A DNA stretch of 64,000 bases from Zootoca vivipara (GCF_963506605.1 NC_083288.1:29326001-29390000); one strand, 5' to 3'. Shown: positions 37,674-49,787, counted from the stretch's first letter. The notes: a model not told the origin generated them from the letters alone. Made by a program: numbers and translations.

Positions 37674-38140
37674 TAATTTGCTTATCTATATCTAATATTT
37701 GCTTATTTATATCTAATATTTGCTTATTTATATCTAATATTTATATCTAAGAATTTGCTTATTTATATCTAATAGCAAGGTTGCCCTTATGAGCTATAGT
37801 TAGGATTTGATTCTGCTTTCTCATTATTGATTCAACATGAAACCAAGATGTGTCTTTGCTGAGATGCTCCCCATGCTCCCTGCCAACTCTAAAATTCTAT
37901 GAGTACTGTACTGGGGAGAATGAATGATGTCAGTTGAATGTCTACTGCTGGCATCACTCATTTCCTCATATTGAGAAAGGGGGCAAACCCCACATACAGT
38001 TGCCTGCATATTCCCTCAACCAACAGATTTCATTCTCATTTCTAATTTTAGGTGTTACAAACACCTCTTCTGGTGCTGCTAAAACACAATAAAAAAGCTA
38101 CTCTTCAAGAAACTGTTTGTGGAAATATTAAAGAATTAAT

Positions 38141-39073
38141 ATGGCCAACCAGTCTACAGTGACAGAATTTCTTCTGATGGGGTTTTCCAGTGACCGAGAA
38201 GAACTGTTTTACCCTGTGATATTTCTTTCCATTTATTTAATAGCCTTAGTGGGAAATTTCCTCATCATCATTGCTGTTGCTCTGAACCACAAACTGCACA
38301 CTCCTATGTACTTCTTTCTGGTCAACCTATCATTATCAGACATTTGCTGCATCTCAACCACAATCCCCAAATCCATAGCTGCTTCTTTGTCAGATGACAA
38401 AATGATTTCTTTTGCTGGCTGTGTCGCACAGGTTTTCTTAGTTTTGACTTTTACAGGTTCTGAGCTTGCCTTGCTCACGATCATGGCTTATGATCGCTAT
38501 GTTGCAATCTGCCATCCTCTGCAGTATGAGCTAATCATGAACTGGGATGCCTGCATCCAAATGGCAGCTGCTTCCTGGATAAGCACCCCAATCCATTCAT
38601 CGTTACATACCATTATCACTTTCAGGCTACATTTCTGTGGGTCCAATATTATTGGGCAGTATTTCTGTGATATTCCTCAGCTGCTAAAGATTTCTTGTAC
38701 TGACACAAAGCTTAACCAAATTTTGATTTTTGCCATTGGGATTATAGTAGATTCATTTTGTGGAGGGTTCATCTTTGTTTCCTATGGCTACATCTTCTCT
38801 GCTGTGCTGAGAATCCCATCTGTTCAAGGCAGATATAAAGCTTTCTCTACCTGCATTCCTCACCTGACTGTCTTTTCTTTATTCGTCATCACAGCTGTGT
38901 TTTCATACATGAGACCTGAAGAACTTTCTTCTACAATGATGGATTTGCTCTCTGCCGTATTGTATAATGTTTTGCCACCACTACTGAATCCCATTATTTA
39001 TAGCTTTCGGAACAAAGACATCCAAGAGGCCGTGTTGAAAATACCAAAAAGAATTAGATCTCTCCTAGCATGA
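38141..39073 (+). CDS. Olfactory receptor, family 14-like, 310 aa; paralogue of 8081-9016
   Basis: Intact ORF with OR motifs; one-codon deletion in the EEE run. Confidence 0.95.
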   Translation: MANQSTVTEFLLMGFSSDREELFYPVIFLSIYLIALVGNFLIIIAVALNHKLHTPMYFFLVNLSLSDICCISTTIPKSIAASLSDDKMISFAGCVAQVFLVLTFTGSELALLTIMAYDRYVAICHPLQYELIMNWDACIQMAAASWISTPIHSSLHTIITFRLHFCGSNIIGQYFCDIPQLLKISCTDTKLNQILIFAIGIIVDSFCGGFIFVSYGYIFSAVLRIPSVQGRYKAFSTCIPHLTVFSLFVITAVFSYMRPEELSSTMMDLLSAVLYNVLPPLLNPIIYSFRNKDIQEAVLKIPKRIRSLLA

Positions 39074-39816
39074 TTTCTTGCAGGGTGTCTCATACACATC
39101 ATCAGTCCTGTGCATTGCATAAAAATGCAAATGTCAGTGAAAATACCTTAAAATGCATTTTTTTGTGTAATTGTGTGTTGCAAATAGAAGTGTAATGGTA
39201 AGATTTGCATTTAAAATTTTTATATTAGGAACGTTTCAATACACAAAAAGCCTGATGAGTTTTCATTAGGACATTACACACACACACACACACACAGTAT
39301 GACAATGTGGAAATGTGAGGAACTGGATCGAATGTTAAGAAACTAAAAGAAAATGAAATTGACACATTCAACCTTGCTACTCCCAGCCTGCTAAATTGGG
39401 TTTCTTTTTGAGTGGGGGTGTTAGGTGGGAGGAAGGGTAGAATAAGTCTTTGCACAAGTGATGATGTCTCTGGACCACATTTGAATCCAATACTCTGTCC
39501 TGAGTTTCTCACATAACTGTGGCCCCTCCTCCTTCACTGTTTTAGAGGTGTGTTATTCTAGCACCATACTTACTAGGTCATGCATGTCGGTGTGAATGGT
39601 TAATTTTATTGGCATTTCTTTCTTAAAAGAGCTATATCAGTTCAGTTCAATGAGTATCGGAATACTTAATGTGTTTATTAGTAGTAGCTGTTTTGAGTCC
39701 GTATCATACACAAACACACACATACAAGTTCACTTTGGTTGCTTTATGTTGGCTTGAGGATTAGGTGCAAATTTTGATGGGTTTTTTACCTAAGATTCTT
39801 GGTGCATTATTCCTGA

Positions 39817-40104
39817 ATAGATTCATTTTGTGGAGGGTCCATCTTTGTTTCCTATGGCTACATGTTCTCTGCTGTGCTGGGAATCCCATCTGTTCAAGGT
39901 AGATATAAAGCATTCTCTTCCTGTACCCCCACCTGACTATTTTCTTTATTTATTAGCAGAGCTGTGTTTTCATACATAAAAACTAAAGTGATTCCCTCTG
40001 CAGATTTGCTCCCTTCTGTACTGTATACTCTTTTGCCACCATTACTGAATCCCATAATTATCTATAGCTTCAGAAACAAGAACATCCAAGAGGCAGTGCT
40101 GTAA
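39817..40104 (+). pseudogene. Degenerate OR 3'-half fragment (copy of 7471-7856 without the MITE)
   Basis: Direct sequence similarity to 38746-39035. Confidence 0.85.
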
Positions 40105-40265
40105 ATACCAGAAAAGGTAAAAGGTCTTCAATTATGTTTGTGTAAGCTGTGTCTCACACTTATTCCAGGTTATTACACAGGTTTCTAGCGCCCACTTTTG
40201 TGTGATGTCCCTTAATTCTGGCCTTTGTCCTGTTTTACAGCTTACACTTTTTTTAAAATGTGCAT

Positions 40266-40608
40266 AGGTAAAGGGACCCCTGACCATTAGGTCCAGTCAT
40301 GACCGACTCTGGGGTTGCGGCACTTATCTCGCGTTATTGGCCGAGGGAGCCAGCGTACAGCTTCCAGGTCATGTGGCCAGCATGACTAAGCCGTTTCTGG
40401 CAAACCAGAGCAGCGCACAGAAACGCCGTTTACCTTCCCGCCGGAGGTATTTATCTGCTTGCACTTTGATGTGCTTTCAAACTGCTAGGTTGGCAGGAGC
40501 TGGGACCAAGCAACAGAAGCTCACCCCATCGCAGGGATTCGAACCACCGACCTACTGATGGGCAAGCCCTAGGCACAGTGGTTTAACTCACGGAGCCACC
40601 TGCGTCCC
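40266..40608 (-). mobile_element. Sauria-type SINE (segmental copy of 6968-7310)
   Basis: Same sequence and flanks. Confidence 0.92.
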
Positions 40609-41654
40609 GGAACATGCTATAGTGTGGGCTAAAAATTCATCTTAAAATATATAGATAGATAGATAGATTAGAATGAAGCTCTTGCTCATATTATGTACCT
40701 CCCTTGGCTTCAGAAATGAAGTTCCCAAATGCAAGAAGTGCTCACAAAACATTTTTATGTACAAAACTAATATGGGAGGGGGTGAGTCATGACAAAGAAC
40801 TGAAAAATGTGTATTTTACCAGAGCAGTGTGTACAGAAAGTGTACAAAATGGATGCAATTTAAATGCAGAGATTTTGTTCATTTAAAAAAGGGGGGAAGA
40901 TCAGCACAAAAAGAGGATGGACTTGACCTATCACTGATTATGTGCATTTATTTCAAATAAAGAAAAATGAAAGGACTGCACCCTCACTCATTTAAAGGTA
41001 GAGTAATAATACTCAACCAAATGTAGAGATTCTTCACAAGTTTCATATTTGCTTTCATTTTTCACCTCCATTTTTACGCAATCTATCTAGAATTTGGCAA
41101 CTATGCTGCCCAGAGAGAGAATACTCCTGAATTTGCCAATTGGGTGGAAAACACTTAAGTTACAGGCAGCAGAAAACACGATGGCTCTCCACAAATACAA
41201 AAACAAGAGCTAATACAATTTAGAAAATCAGCTAAGCTGTTTTTGAAGAGTGGGAAAGTAGATATTCAATTTTAGTTTGCATCTTGAATTCCTTTTCAGA
41301 AGCAAAATAGTGCAAAAACTGGTGAAAATCAGATGATTGGCCGCTATGCCTTTAAATCCTTTAAATGTGTTGAGACTCCCATTTACTGTGCACTCATTGT
41401 GTTTCCTTTGTTGGTTTTTTTAAAATTCAGGTTCTTATAATGCTATCCAAAACACATATCTCTGTACCTTTGAAATAACATATGGCTGTTTAATGTATTG
41501 CTTCATGCCACCCCAAATATCTGAGCCGTGCAAGATCTCAAAGGTTCCAGGGTTTGTGTTTCCCTTGGAATGAGGTGTAGTAGAGACTGTGTTTTCTATA
41601 GGTTAAATGGTTTATTTAAACATATATACAACCTGAGTCTACATTGCAGGGTTC

Positions 41655-44600
41655 CCACGGCCGCATTCTTCAATGGCAGGTGCTCCGCGAAGCCCAGCTG
41701 GTCAGCGGGCGTCCAGGAGAAGGCCGCGATGCGGCCTGCGGCAGCGGTGGCCTGTGGGGGGGCGGCAGGGCCTCCCCCGGCCGCAGTGTCATATTTTTTT
41801 TAAAAAAACAGGCTTTGATAGGGCCCATTTCGGCGGCGGCCGCTCCAACAAGAGAAGGCCTAACAAATAAGGCTTTAAAAATAAATAAATAAATATCCAT
41901 CCTCTTTTGCAATAAATAAATAAATAATTTAAAAATAAAATAAAAATAAAAATTGTCAAGCCGCTTTTGCACCTGCTCTTTGCTATTGCTGCTGTCAATG
42001 GACAGCCTCAGCTTACAGTAGCCCAGCTGGGCTGCGTGTGTCGTGCTTTGCATTGCATTGTGAGGGTTGGACTAGATGACCTCCGGGGTCCCTTCCGACT
42101 CCAGGCCCGATGGGCTCATGTGGTGTGTTCCTTGATTTCAGTCGGCATGTATTAATCTTCATTTTCTTCACACAGTTTAGCGTGTGTGTGCGCAGTGAGG
42201 TTGGTTGGTTCTGTCCTGAGTTTATGTTCTTTAGCAGGCAAAACAAACAAACAAATAAACCAACAAACAGCTAATTCAATAGGGGTAATAAATTTAATCA
42301 GCCTGAAATTCAAGAGTGACTGTAGCAGTGGTAGTCGTCCTTGGATCACAAGTGGTAGTCGCTTTAGATCACAAGTCATGGCCACCGGTCAAAAAGAAAG
42401 CTCCCCTCCCCGTGTGGTTGGGGGTGCACCCAAAGCCACAGCAAGGGGCACCCTGAGTAATGCGGTTAAGGCAGCCAAGCGAATAACAAAAAAGGGCTTT
42501 ATCTTCGGGGAGGAAGGTTCCTCCCATGAAACTGGTACTCAGCAAGAAAAAGGTGAGGGAGGATCAATTGGTAGGCCCCTCCACTTCTGAGGCTAGGCCC
42601 TACAGGGCCTCCCCTAAGGGAAAATGACCCATTTCCCCAGTTGAGTCGCTTTCAGACAGCAACTCCTCATTGGCTCGCCTGGCACGCCTGACAGCCGGGG
42701 GGTAGCCCCCCATCATCACATAAGGGTGACAAAGCAGAAAAAGGAGGATATAAAGATTTGGATCACATTCCTGCAGGAGTATAATGGGGTCTCATTCTGG
42801 CAAGAAGTTGTTGACCCAGGGGTGGAACTCCAGGTCCATTCGGATGCCTCTGGCCGCCATGGCTTCGGTGTGTTCTTCAGGGGCCGCTGGTGTGCGCACC
42901 CGTGGCCGCCTGCCTGGCATACAGCGGGCATCACTCGCGATCAAACGTTTCTTGAGTTCTTCCCTATTCTAGTTGCCATACGCCTCTGGGGAACCCGTTT
43001 CGCAAATTCCAGGGTATGTTTCTGGTCTGACAATCAAGCGGTGGTAAGAATCATATCCCGGCAGTCCCCTAAGTCTGCCCGGGCTATCAGGCTGCTGCGC
43101 CTATTTGTGCTTGAGTGCCTGAGGCACAATATTTCCTTCACAGCCCGCTTCATACCTTGTCTCAATAACAACATTGCTGACGCATTATCTCGTTTCAAGA
43201 TGGAGCATTTCCACAAGCTGGCACCAGATGCAGCCCAGACCCCGGACGCCTTTCCAGATGAGCTGTGGGAGATTGGAAGCGAGAAGGGAACCAGGGAGTA
43301 TTGTCAGCCTTAGCCCCATCCAGTAGACGTTCCTATTCCAGGGCCTGGGACGCCTTTGGGCGTTTTCGTGGCTCCAAAACACGGCGCGCAACCGAGCGGG
43401 AATGTCACAGGCGCGGTAGCGGCTACTCTAGAGTAAAGACTCCTCATGACATTGCCTTTTCATGCTTTTATTCACTGCAAGCTATTTACAGTGCAGAGTC
43501 AGTACTATGTACATGTTGTCAGTCTTGGTCAGAACCTCTGAATGGAGATTCCCGTGTTTTCCTCCAACAAAGTAGCCTGGGAACATTGAATCTCCGCCCC
43601 CGGCGCTTCTTGTGCAATTCCGGGGTCGGCGGGAGCGGTCTTCTGGTTGCTCTTTCCCTGCTTCCACAGGGAAGTACTTCAATTCCTAGTTCTCCTGAAG
43701 CACAGGGGCCTGGCCATAAAAACTCTAATGCTTTATAGGGCAGCTATATCCTTCTTTTGCAAATTCCTTTGTTGGCCGGATCCATGCAACACATTTCACG
43801 TCAAGAAGTTGCTGGCGGGCTGGCGTCACATCATCCCTCCGCGCCAGGATGGCAGAAAGCCCATTACCATCGACATCCTGAATTTAATTTGGTAAAAAAA
43901 TTACCAGAGATTTGATGGTCAAATTTGGGGACATGTCTCTTTCGAGCAGCATTCTGCCTGGCCTTCTTTGGGCCTATGCGTATCGGAGAGTGTTTGGCAA
44001 CCGGGGCACGTCAAGCAGGGTTGAGTGATTCAGATGTCAAGTTCTCCGGGGACACTGTCAATATCAAAATTCGGTCCTCCAAAACAGATCAGCTGTGAAA
44101 AAGTTGATGCTCACTCCAACAGGACAAGAGGGTCCCTGCCCCTATAGGGACTCTCGCAGTTTTTACAGGGTCCGGCCAGAATGCAGGGGGCCTTTCTTCA
44201 TTCATGCTAACATGTGGCCTTTATCGCGGTTTCAATTTACAGCAGTCTTACGCAAAGTCCTAGCAGCCTGTGGAGCAGATCCCCAAGGATACTCTGGACA
44301 TTCCTTCCGAATCGGGGCTGCCACTTCAGCAGCAGTCCAGGGTTGGTACCCAGCCCGCATCAAGACATTAGGGCATTGGCGCTCAGCTGCGTACAAGAGC
44401 TACATTCGCCCTGGCTCCTCTTCCTTAACGCTTACAATTTAACTTTTTTGCAGGTTTGCCCTTCATGAAGATCTGGGTGGTTGGGCACAGCTTCGTTCAT
44501 TGGGTGGCGGAACATGCCCCGCCACAAAAAGGGGGTCTTCACCTCAACATTCACCCCAATATACGCATTTATCGGATGGGCCACCGGGGCATGCGGTGGT

Positions 44601-45600
44601 CAGGCATGATGCCCTCGTTTAGTAAGGCCGCAGCGATGCCTGCCCCCCCGGGAGTACTGGTGGTACACCTGGGAATAATGATTGGTTGAGCAAAAAGGCA
44701 TTGCCCTTACCCCTGCGGCTAGGGCAGATATAGAGAAGCTGCACACCTTATACCCAACAATGGCAATAGGCTGGTCCAATCTAATCCCCCGCCTGTGTTG
44801 AAGGGGGGTTTCCAATCCTTCTCGCATTAACTACGCGATGCAAAAAATCAACAGGGCTATGCACAACACCATGAGGAAAATTGGGGGATTCTTTATCCCA
44901 CACCCCACCATTAGGGCGGATGCGGCGGGCATGTTCAGAGCTGATGGGGTGCATCTGACACCACTTGGGAATGACCTCTGGCTAAATGATGTGTGGCAGG
45001 CCCATCATGTTCTGATGTCAGAGTACGGATCATGGTCACTTGGTCGTGGGGCTTGGCGGCGAGGCCCTTAAGGGCCTCGGGTGGCAGTTTTAGACCTTGG
45101 GAAGGTTTCCTTTGGTCTATCTTCAAGTTGGGTGGGATGCAATCAGGCTCCCTTCCTATGCGGCGGCGTTGCAGGGGCCCATTTAAAAGGGCAAAATCGG
45201 GAGTCCCTGGCCCTGGAGCGGCGGCTTGTAGGTCAAACTCACGGATGGGGTTAGTGGAAGGGCATGGTCTGTAAGTTTGCGCTTTACAGTCCCCTCTCAC
45301 TGGCCTCATCAACCTGCATATCCTCAGACAGAGGGACTGAGAGGGTTACCTGCCAAGGCCTGGGCCAGGTTTCCCACTTCCTGAATTCCTGACTCTTGAC
45401 TCTTTATTGGGGAAGGGGGTAGGCACCACAGACAGGACTTAGTGTGTGTGTACGAAATATCCGCCCTCCCCTCAGGTGGGTGAGGTTTGTGACACCGTGC
45501 GGGGCTTACCTGGCTGGGGCCACCCACCTGAGCGCCTTGGCCTATGACCCACCACCTGGCCAGGTAGGACAAAGGATGCCTGGCCGGAGGGGGCGGAGTA
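41655..45600 (+). mobile_element. Degenerate Ngaro/DIRS-like retrotransposon (family B): RNase H, tyrosine recombinase and SGNH-hydrolase-like ORF; RT absent
   Basis: 42726-43313 DIRS-type RNase H (SDASG..GFG, FLEFFPI, SDNQAVV, NNIADALSR); YR motifs SLAPSS/ALAPSS, SKTDQ, GHSFRIGAAT, LGHWRS.AY..YIR; 44456-45071 WVVGHS, GMRW, VHLG, DGVHL. Confidence 0.9.
43403..43668 (-). mobile_element. Solo LTR inserted in the recombinase ORF
   Basis: TGT...ACA termini; 5-bp TSD GGGAA (43398-43402 / 43669-43673); removal restores the YR frame (TERE-VLQFL). Confidence 0.8.
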
Positions 45601-48087
45601 GGGAAATAATGGTAATATATAGACAATTGCATCACTTGTTTTGTAAATCAGGATTTGCAAATCCTCATGGTGATGTTCTCCAAGGAGGGACTCTCTGAAA
45701 CACTACAGAAAGCAGGAAGGCTCAATTGATCCCTCTTTGTCACAAACTATAAATCATCTACTAAAGACTGCACTTCAACATTTTGACACTTTCGTCTTCC
45801 AGACAAAGACAGAGGTGAGTAGAATCCTATTAGCTCATCCTAAGTGCAGACTAGGGCATATATTTCAGTCCTTAAAAGACTGAAAAAAGGTTTAATACAG
45901 CGGTGGGATTAATGAAGACATGGTTATTCTATGAAACAAATAGGTAGTATTTATAGGTAAGAGATAATAAAGTGGTGTTTCATAATTCTGGGAATCTAAT
46001 CAATAATTCTGAGCTCTCACCAAAGCCAAATGATTTTTCATTGATGCTAGGTAGTGTGTGATTTGCTTTTTAAAAATAAAGTAGAAGCATTATGGTTCGC
46101 AAAAACAAAACATCATAGATAAGGTCCTTTATGCAACCACACCAACGAGAATTTGCTTATTTACATCTAATAGCAAGGTTGCCCTTATGAGCTATAGTTA
46201 GGATTTGATTCTGCTTTCTCATTCTTGATTCAACATGAAACCAATATTTGCACTTCATGGTGGTTTACCTTTTCATTGTTTTGCTAACATTACCATGTTG
46301 TCTGTTTGTTGCTATTTACATCTAATAGCAAGGTTGCCCTTATGATCTATGGATCTAGGATTTGATTCTGCTTTCTCATTCTTGATTCAACATGAAACCA
46401 AGATAGGTCTTTGCTGAGATGCTCCCCATGCTCCCTGCCAACTCTAAAATTCTATTAGTACTGTACTGGGGAGAATGAATGATGTCAGTTGAATGTCAGT
46501 TGAATGTCTACTGCTGGCATCACTCATTACCTCATATACAATCACTCATTCTATAATACACAAACACACACATACAAGTTCACTTTGGTTGCTTTATGTT
46601 GGCTTGAGGATTAGGTGCAAATTTTGATGGATTTTTTTACCTAGGATACTTGGTGCAGTATTCCTAAATAGATTCATTTTGTGGAGGGTCCATCTTTGTT
46701 TCCTATGGCTACATGTTCTCTGCTGTACTGGGAATCCTTGCCATTGTATTTCTAACTATCAGGAAATTGAAAAAGGGGCCCCCTCCATTTGCTGCCTGGC
46801 AGAGAGCCACTCATTTTTTGTTACCTTAATGGCCAATTACCTTACCAGGAAGCTATCCAGGCTATTCTAGGGATTTGCATCCTTGCTTAGATTTTAACAC
46901 ATTTCCTCCAAGGAACAGAGGGTGGCATTCACAGTTCATCTTTCCCAATTTTAACCTCATGACAGTCCTGTAAAGTAGCTTAGCCTGATAGAACTGGTGC
47001 TTGACCATTGAGTAGGGATTTCAACCTGTATTGCCTAGTCCTAGTCCAACACTCTAACCACTACAATAAATACAATAGTTTATTATTATATAGACAATTG
47101 CATCACTTGTGGTTTAAATTAGGACTTGCAAATCATTAAAGTGAGGTTCTCCTAAGGAGTGACTCTCTGAAACACTACAGAAATTTAATGATATTCTCCA
47201 AGGGGTGACTCTCTGAAACACTACAGACAGCAGAGAAGCTCATTTTTTTCCCTTCTTGTCATAAAGTATATATATTCAAATAAAGACTGCACTCCAGAAT
47301 TCTGGCCCTTCTTCTTCCAGACTAAAATAGAGGTGAGTGGAAACCCATTTGTTCATCCTCAGAGCATACTAGAACTTGGAAGGTACTTATATTTCAGTTC
47401 TGAAAAGACCTCAAAATGTTTAATACAGTAGTAAGATTAATGTAGACATTATTATTCTGTGATAAAAATAGATAACATTTATAGGTAACAGAGGATAATA
47501 ACGTGATGTTTCAAAATTCTTGTATTTGGACTTACCGGTAAACCATGAGCTCTCATAAAAGCCACATGATATTTCAAAAATGCTAGGTGGTGTGAGATCT
47601 GCATTTTAAAAAATAAAGTAAAAGCATTATGGTTCACAAAACAACAACCTAGTTAAGTTCCTTTACGTAACCATACCCCAGGGAGGATATTATTTTATTG
47701 TACATCTAATAACAAGGTTGCTCTTAAGAGCTATACTGTAGTTAGGAGTTGATTCTGCTTTCTCATTCTTGATTCAACATGAAAGCAAGATGGGTCTTTG
47801 CTGAGTTGCACCTCATGCTCCCTTTCCAAGTATAAAATTGTATGAGTACTGTACTGGGGAGAATGAATGATGTCAGTTGAATGTCTACTGCTGGCATCAC
47901 TCATTGCCTCATATTGAGAAAGGGGGCAAACCCCACATACAATTGCCTGCATATTCCCTCAGCCACCAGACTTTCATTAACTCCTTTCTAATTTTAGGTG
48001 TTACAAACACCTCTGCTGGAGCGGCTAAAACACAATAACAGAACTACTCTTCAAGAAATTGTTTGATGGAAATATTAAAGAATTAAG

Positions 48088-49023
48088 ATGGCCAACCAGT
48101 CTACAGTGACAGAATTTCTTCTGATGGGGTTTTCCAGTGACCGAGAAGAAGAACTGTTTTACCTTGTGATATTTCTCTCTATTTATTTAATAGCCTTAGT
48201 GGGAAATTTCCTCATCATCATTGCTGTTGCCCTGAACCACAAACTGCACACTCCTATGTACTTCTTTCTGGTCAACCTATCATTATCAGACATTTGCTAC
48301 ATCTCAACCACAATCCCCAAATCCATAGCTGCTTCTTTGTCAGATGACAAAAGGATTTCTTTTGCTGGCTGTGTCGCACAGGTTTTCTTAGTTTTCACTT
48401 TTGCAGGTTCTGAGCTTGCCTTGCTCACAATCATGGCTTATGATCGCTATGTTGCAATCTGCCATCCTCTGCAGTATAAGTTAATCATGACCTGGGATGC
48501 CTGCATCCAAATGGCAGCTGCTTCCTGGATAAGCAACCTAATTCATTCGTCATTACAGGCCATTATCACTTTCAGGCTACATTTCTGTGGGTCCAATATT
48601 ATTGGGCAGTATTTCTGTGATGTCCCTCAGCTGCTAAAGATTTCTTGTACTGACACAAAGCTTAACCAAATTTTGATTTTTGCCATTGGGATTATAGTAG
48701 ATTCATTTTGTGTAGGGTTCATCTTTGTTTCCTATGGCTACATCTTCTCTGCTGTGCTGAGAATCCCTTCTGTTCATGGCAGATATAAAGCTTTCTCTAC
48801 CTGTATTCCTCACCTGACTGTCTTTTCTTTATTTATGAGCACAGCTGTGTTTTCATACATCAGACCTGAAGAGCTTTCTTCTACAATGATGGATTTGCTC
48901 TCTGCTGTATTGTATAATGTTTTGCCACCACTACTGAATCCCATTATTTATAGCTTTCGGAACAAAGACATCCAAGAGGCCGTGTTGAAAATACCAAAAA
49001 GAATTAGAAATCTCCTAGCATGA
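48088..49023 (+). CDS. Olfactory receptor, family 14-like, 311 aa; tandem paralogue of 38141-39073
   Basis: Intact ORF with OR motifs. Confidence 0.96.
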   Translation: MANQSTVTEFLLMGFSSDREEELFYLVIFLSIYLIALVGNFLIIIAVALNHKLHTPMYFFLVNLSLSDICYISTTIPKSIAASLSDDKRISFAGCVAQVFLVFTFAGSELALLTIMAYDRYVAICHPLQYKLIMTWDACIQMAAASWISNLIHSSLQAIITFRLHFCGSNIIGQYFCDVPQLLKISCTDTKLNQILIFAIGIIVDSFCVGFIFVSYGYIFSAVLRIPSVHGRYKAFSTCIPHLTVFSLFMSTAVFSYIRPEELSSTMMDLLSAVLYNVLPPLLNPIIYSFRNKDIQEAVLKIPKRIRNLLA

Positions 49024-49220
49024 TTTCTTGCACGTTGTCTCATACACATCACAAGTCCTGTGCATTGCATAAAAATGCAAATGTCAGTGAAAATACCTTA
49101 AAATGCATTTTTTAATGTAATTGTGTGTTGCAAATAGAAGTGTAATGGTCAGATTTACATTTAAAATTTTTATATTAGGAACGTTTCACACAAAAAGCCT
49201 GATGAGTTTTCATTAGGACA

Positions 49221-49221
<1 letters not shown>

Positions 49222-49267
<46 letters not shown>
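49222..49267. repeat. (AC)n microsatellite (shorter paralogous allele at ~39276-39296)
   Basis: Direct observation. Confidence 0.95.
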
Positions 49268-49271
<4 letters not shown>

Positions 49272-49787
49272 GACAATGTGAAAATGTGAGGAACTGGATC
49301 GAATGCTAAGAAACTGAAAGAAAATGAAATTGACACATTCAACCTTGCTACTCCCAGCCTGCTAAATTGGGTTTCTTTTTGAGTGGGGGTGTTAGGTGGG
49401 AGGAAGGGTAGAATAAGTCTTTGCACAAGTGATGAGGTCTCTGGACCACATTTGAATCCAATACTCTGTCCTGAGTTTCTCACATAACTGTGGCCCTCCT
49501 CCTTCACTGTTTTAGAGGTGCGTTATTCTAGCACCATACTTACTAGGTCATGCATGTCGGTGTGCATGGTTAATTTTATTGGCATTTCTTTTTTAAAAGA
49601 GCTATATCACTTCAGTTCAATGAGTATCGGAATACTTAATGTGTTTATTAGTAGTAGCTGTTTTGAGTCTGTATAATACACAAACACACACATAGAAGTT
49701 TACTTTCGTTGCTTTATGTTGGCTTGAGCATTAGGTGCAAATTTTGGTGGGTTATTTTACCTAGGATTCTTGGTGCAGTATTCCTAA

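Noticed and set aside
42726-44442. Phage-integrase-like recombinase suggesting bacterial or phage contamination or HGT
   Set aside because: It is linked to a DIRS-type RNase H and embedded in host duplications, as expected for a eukaryotic YR retrotransposon.
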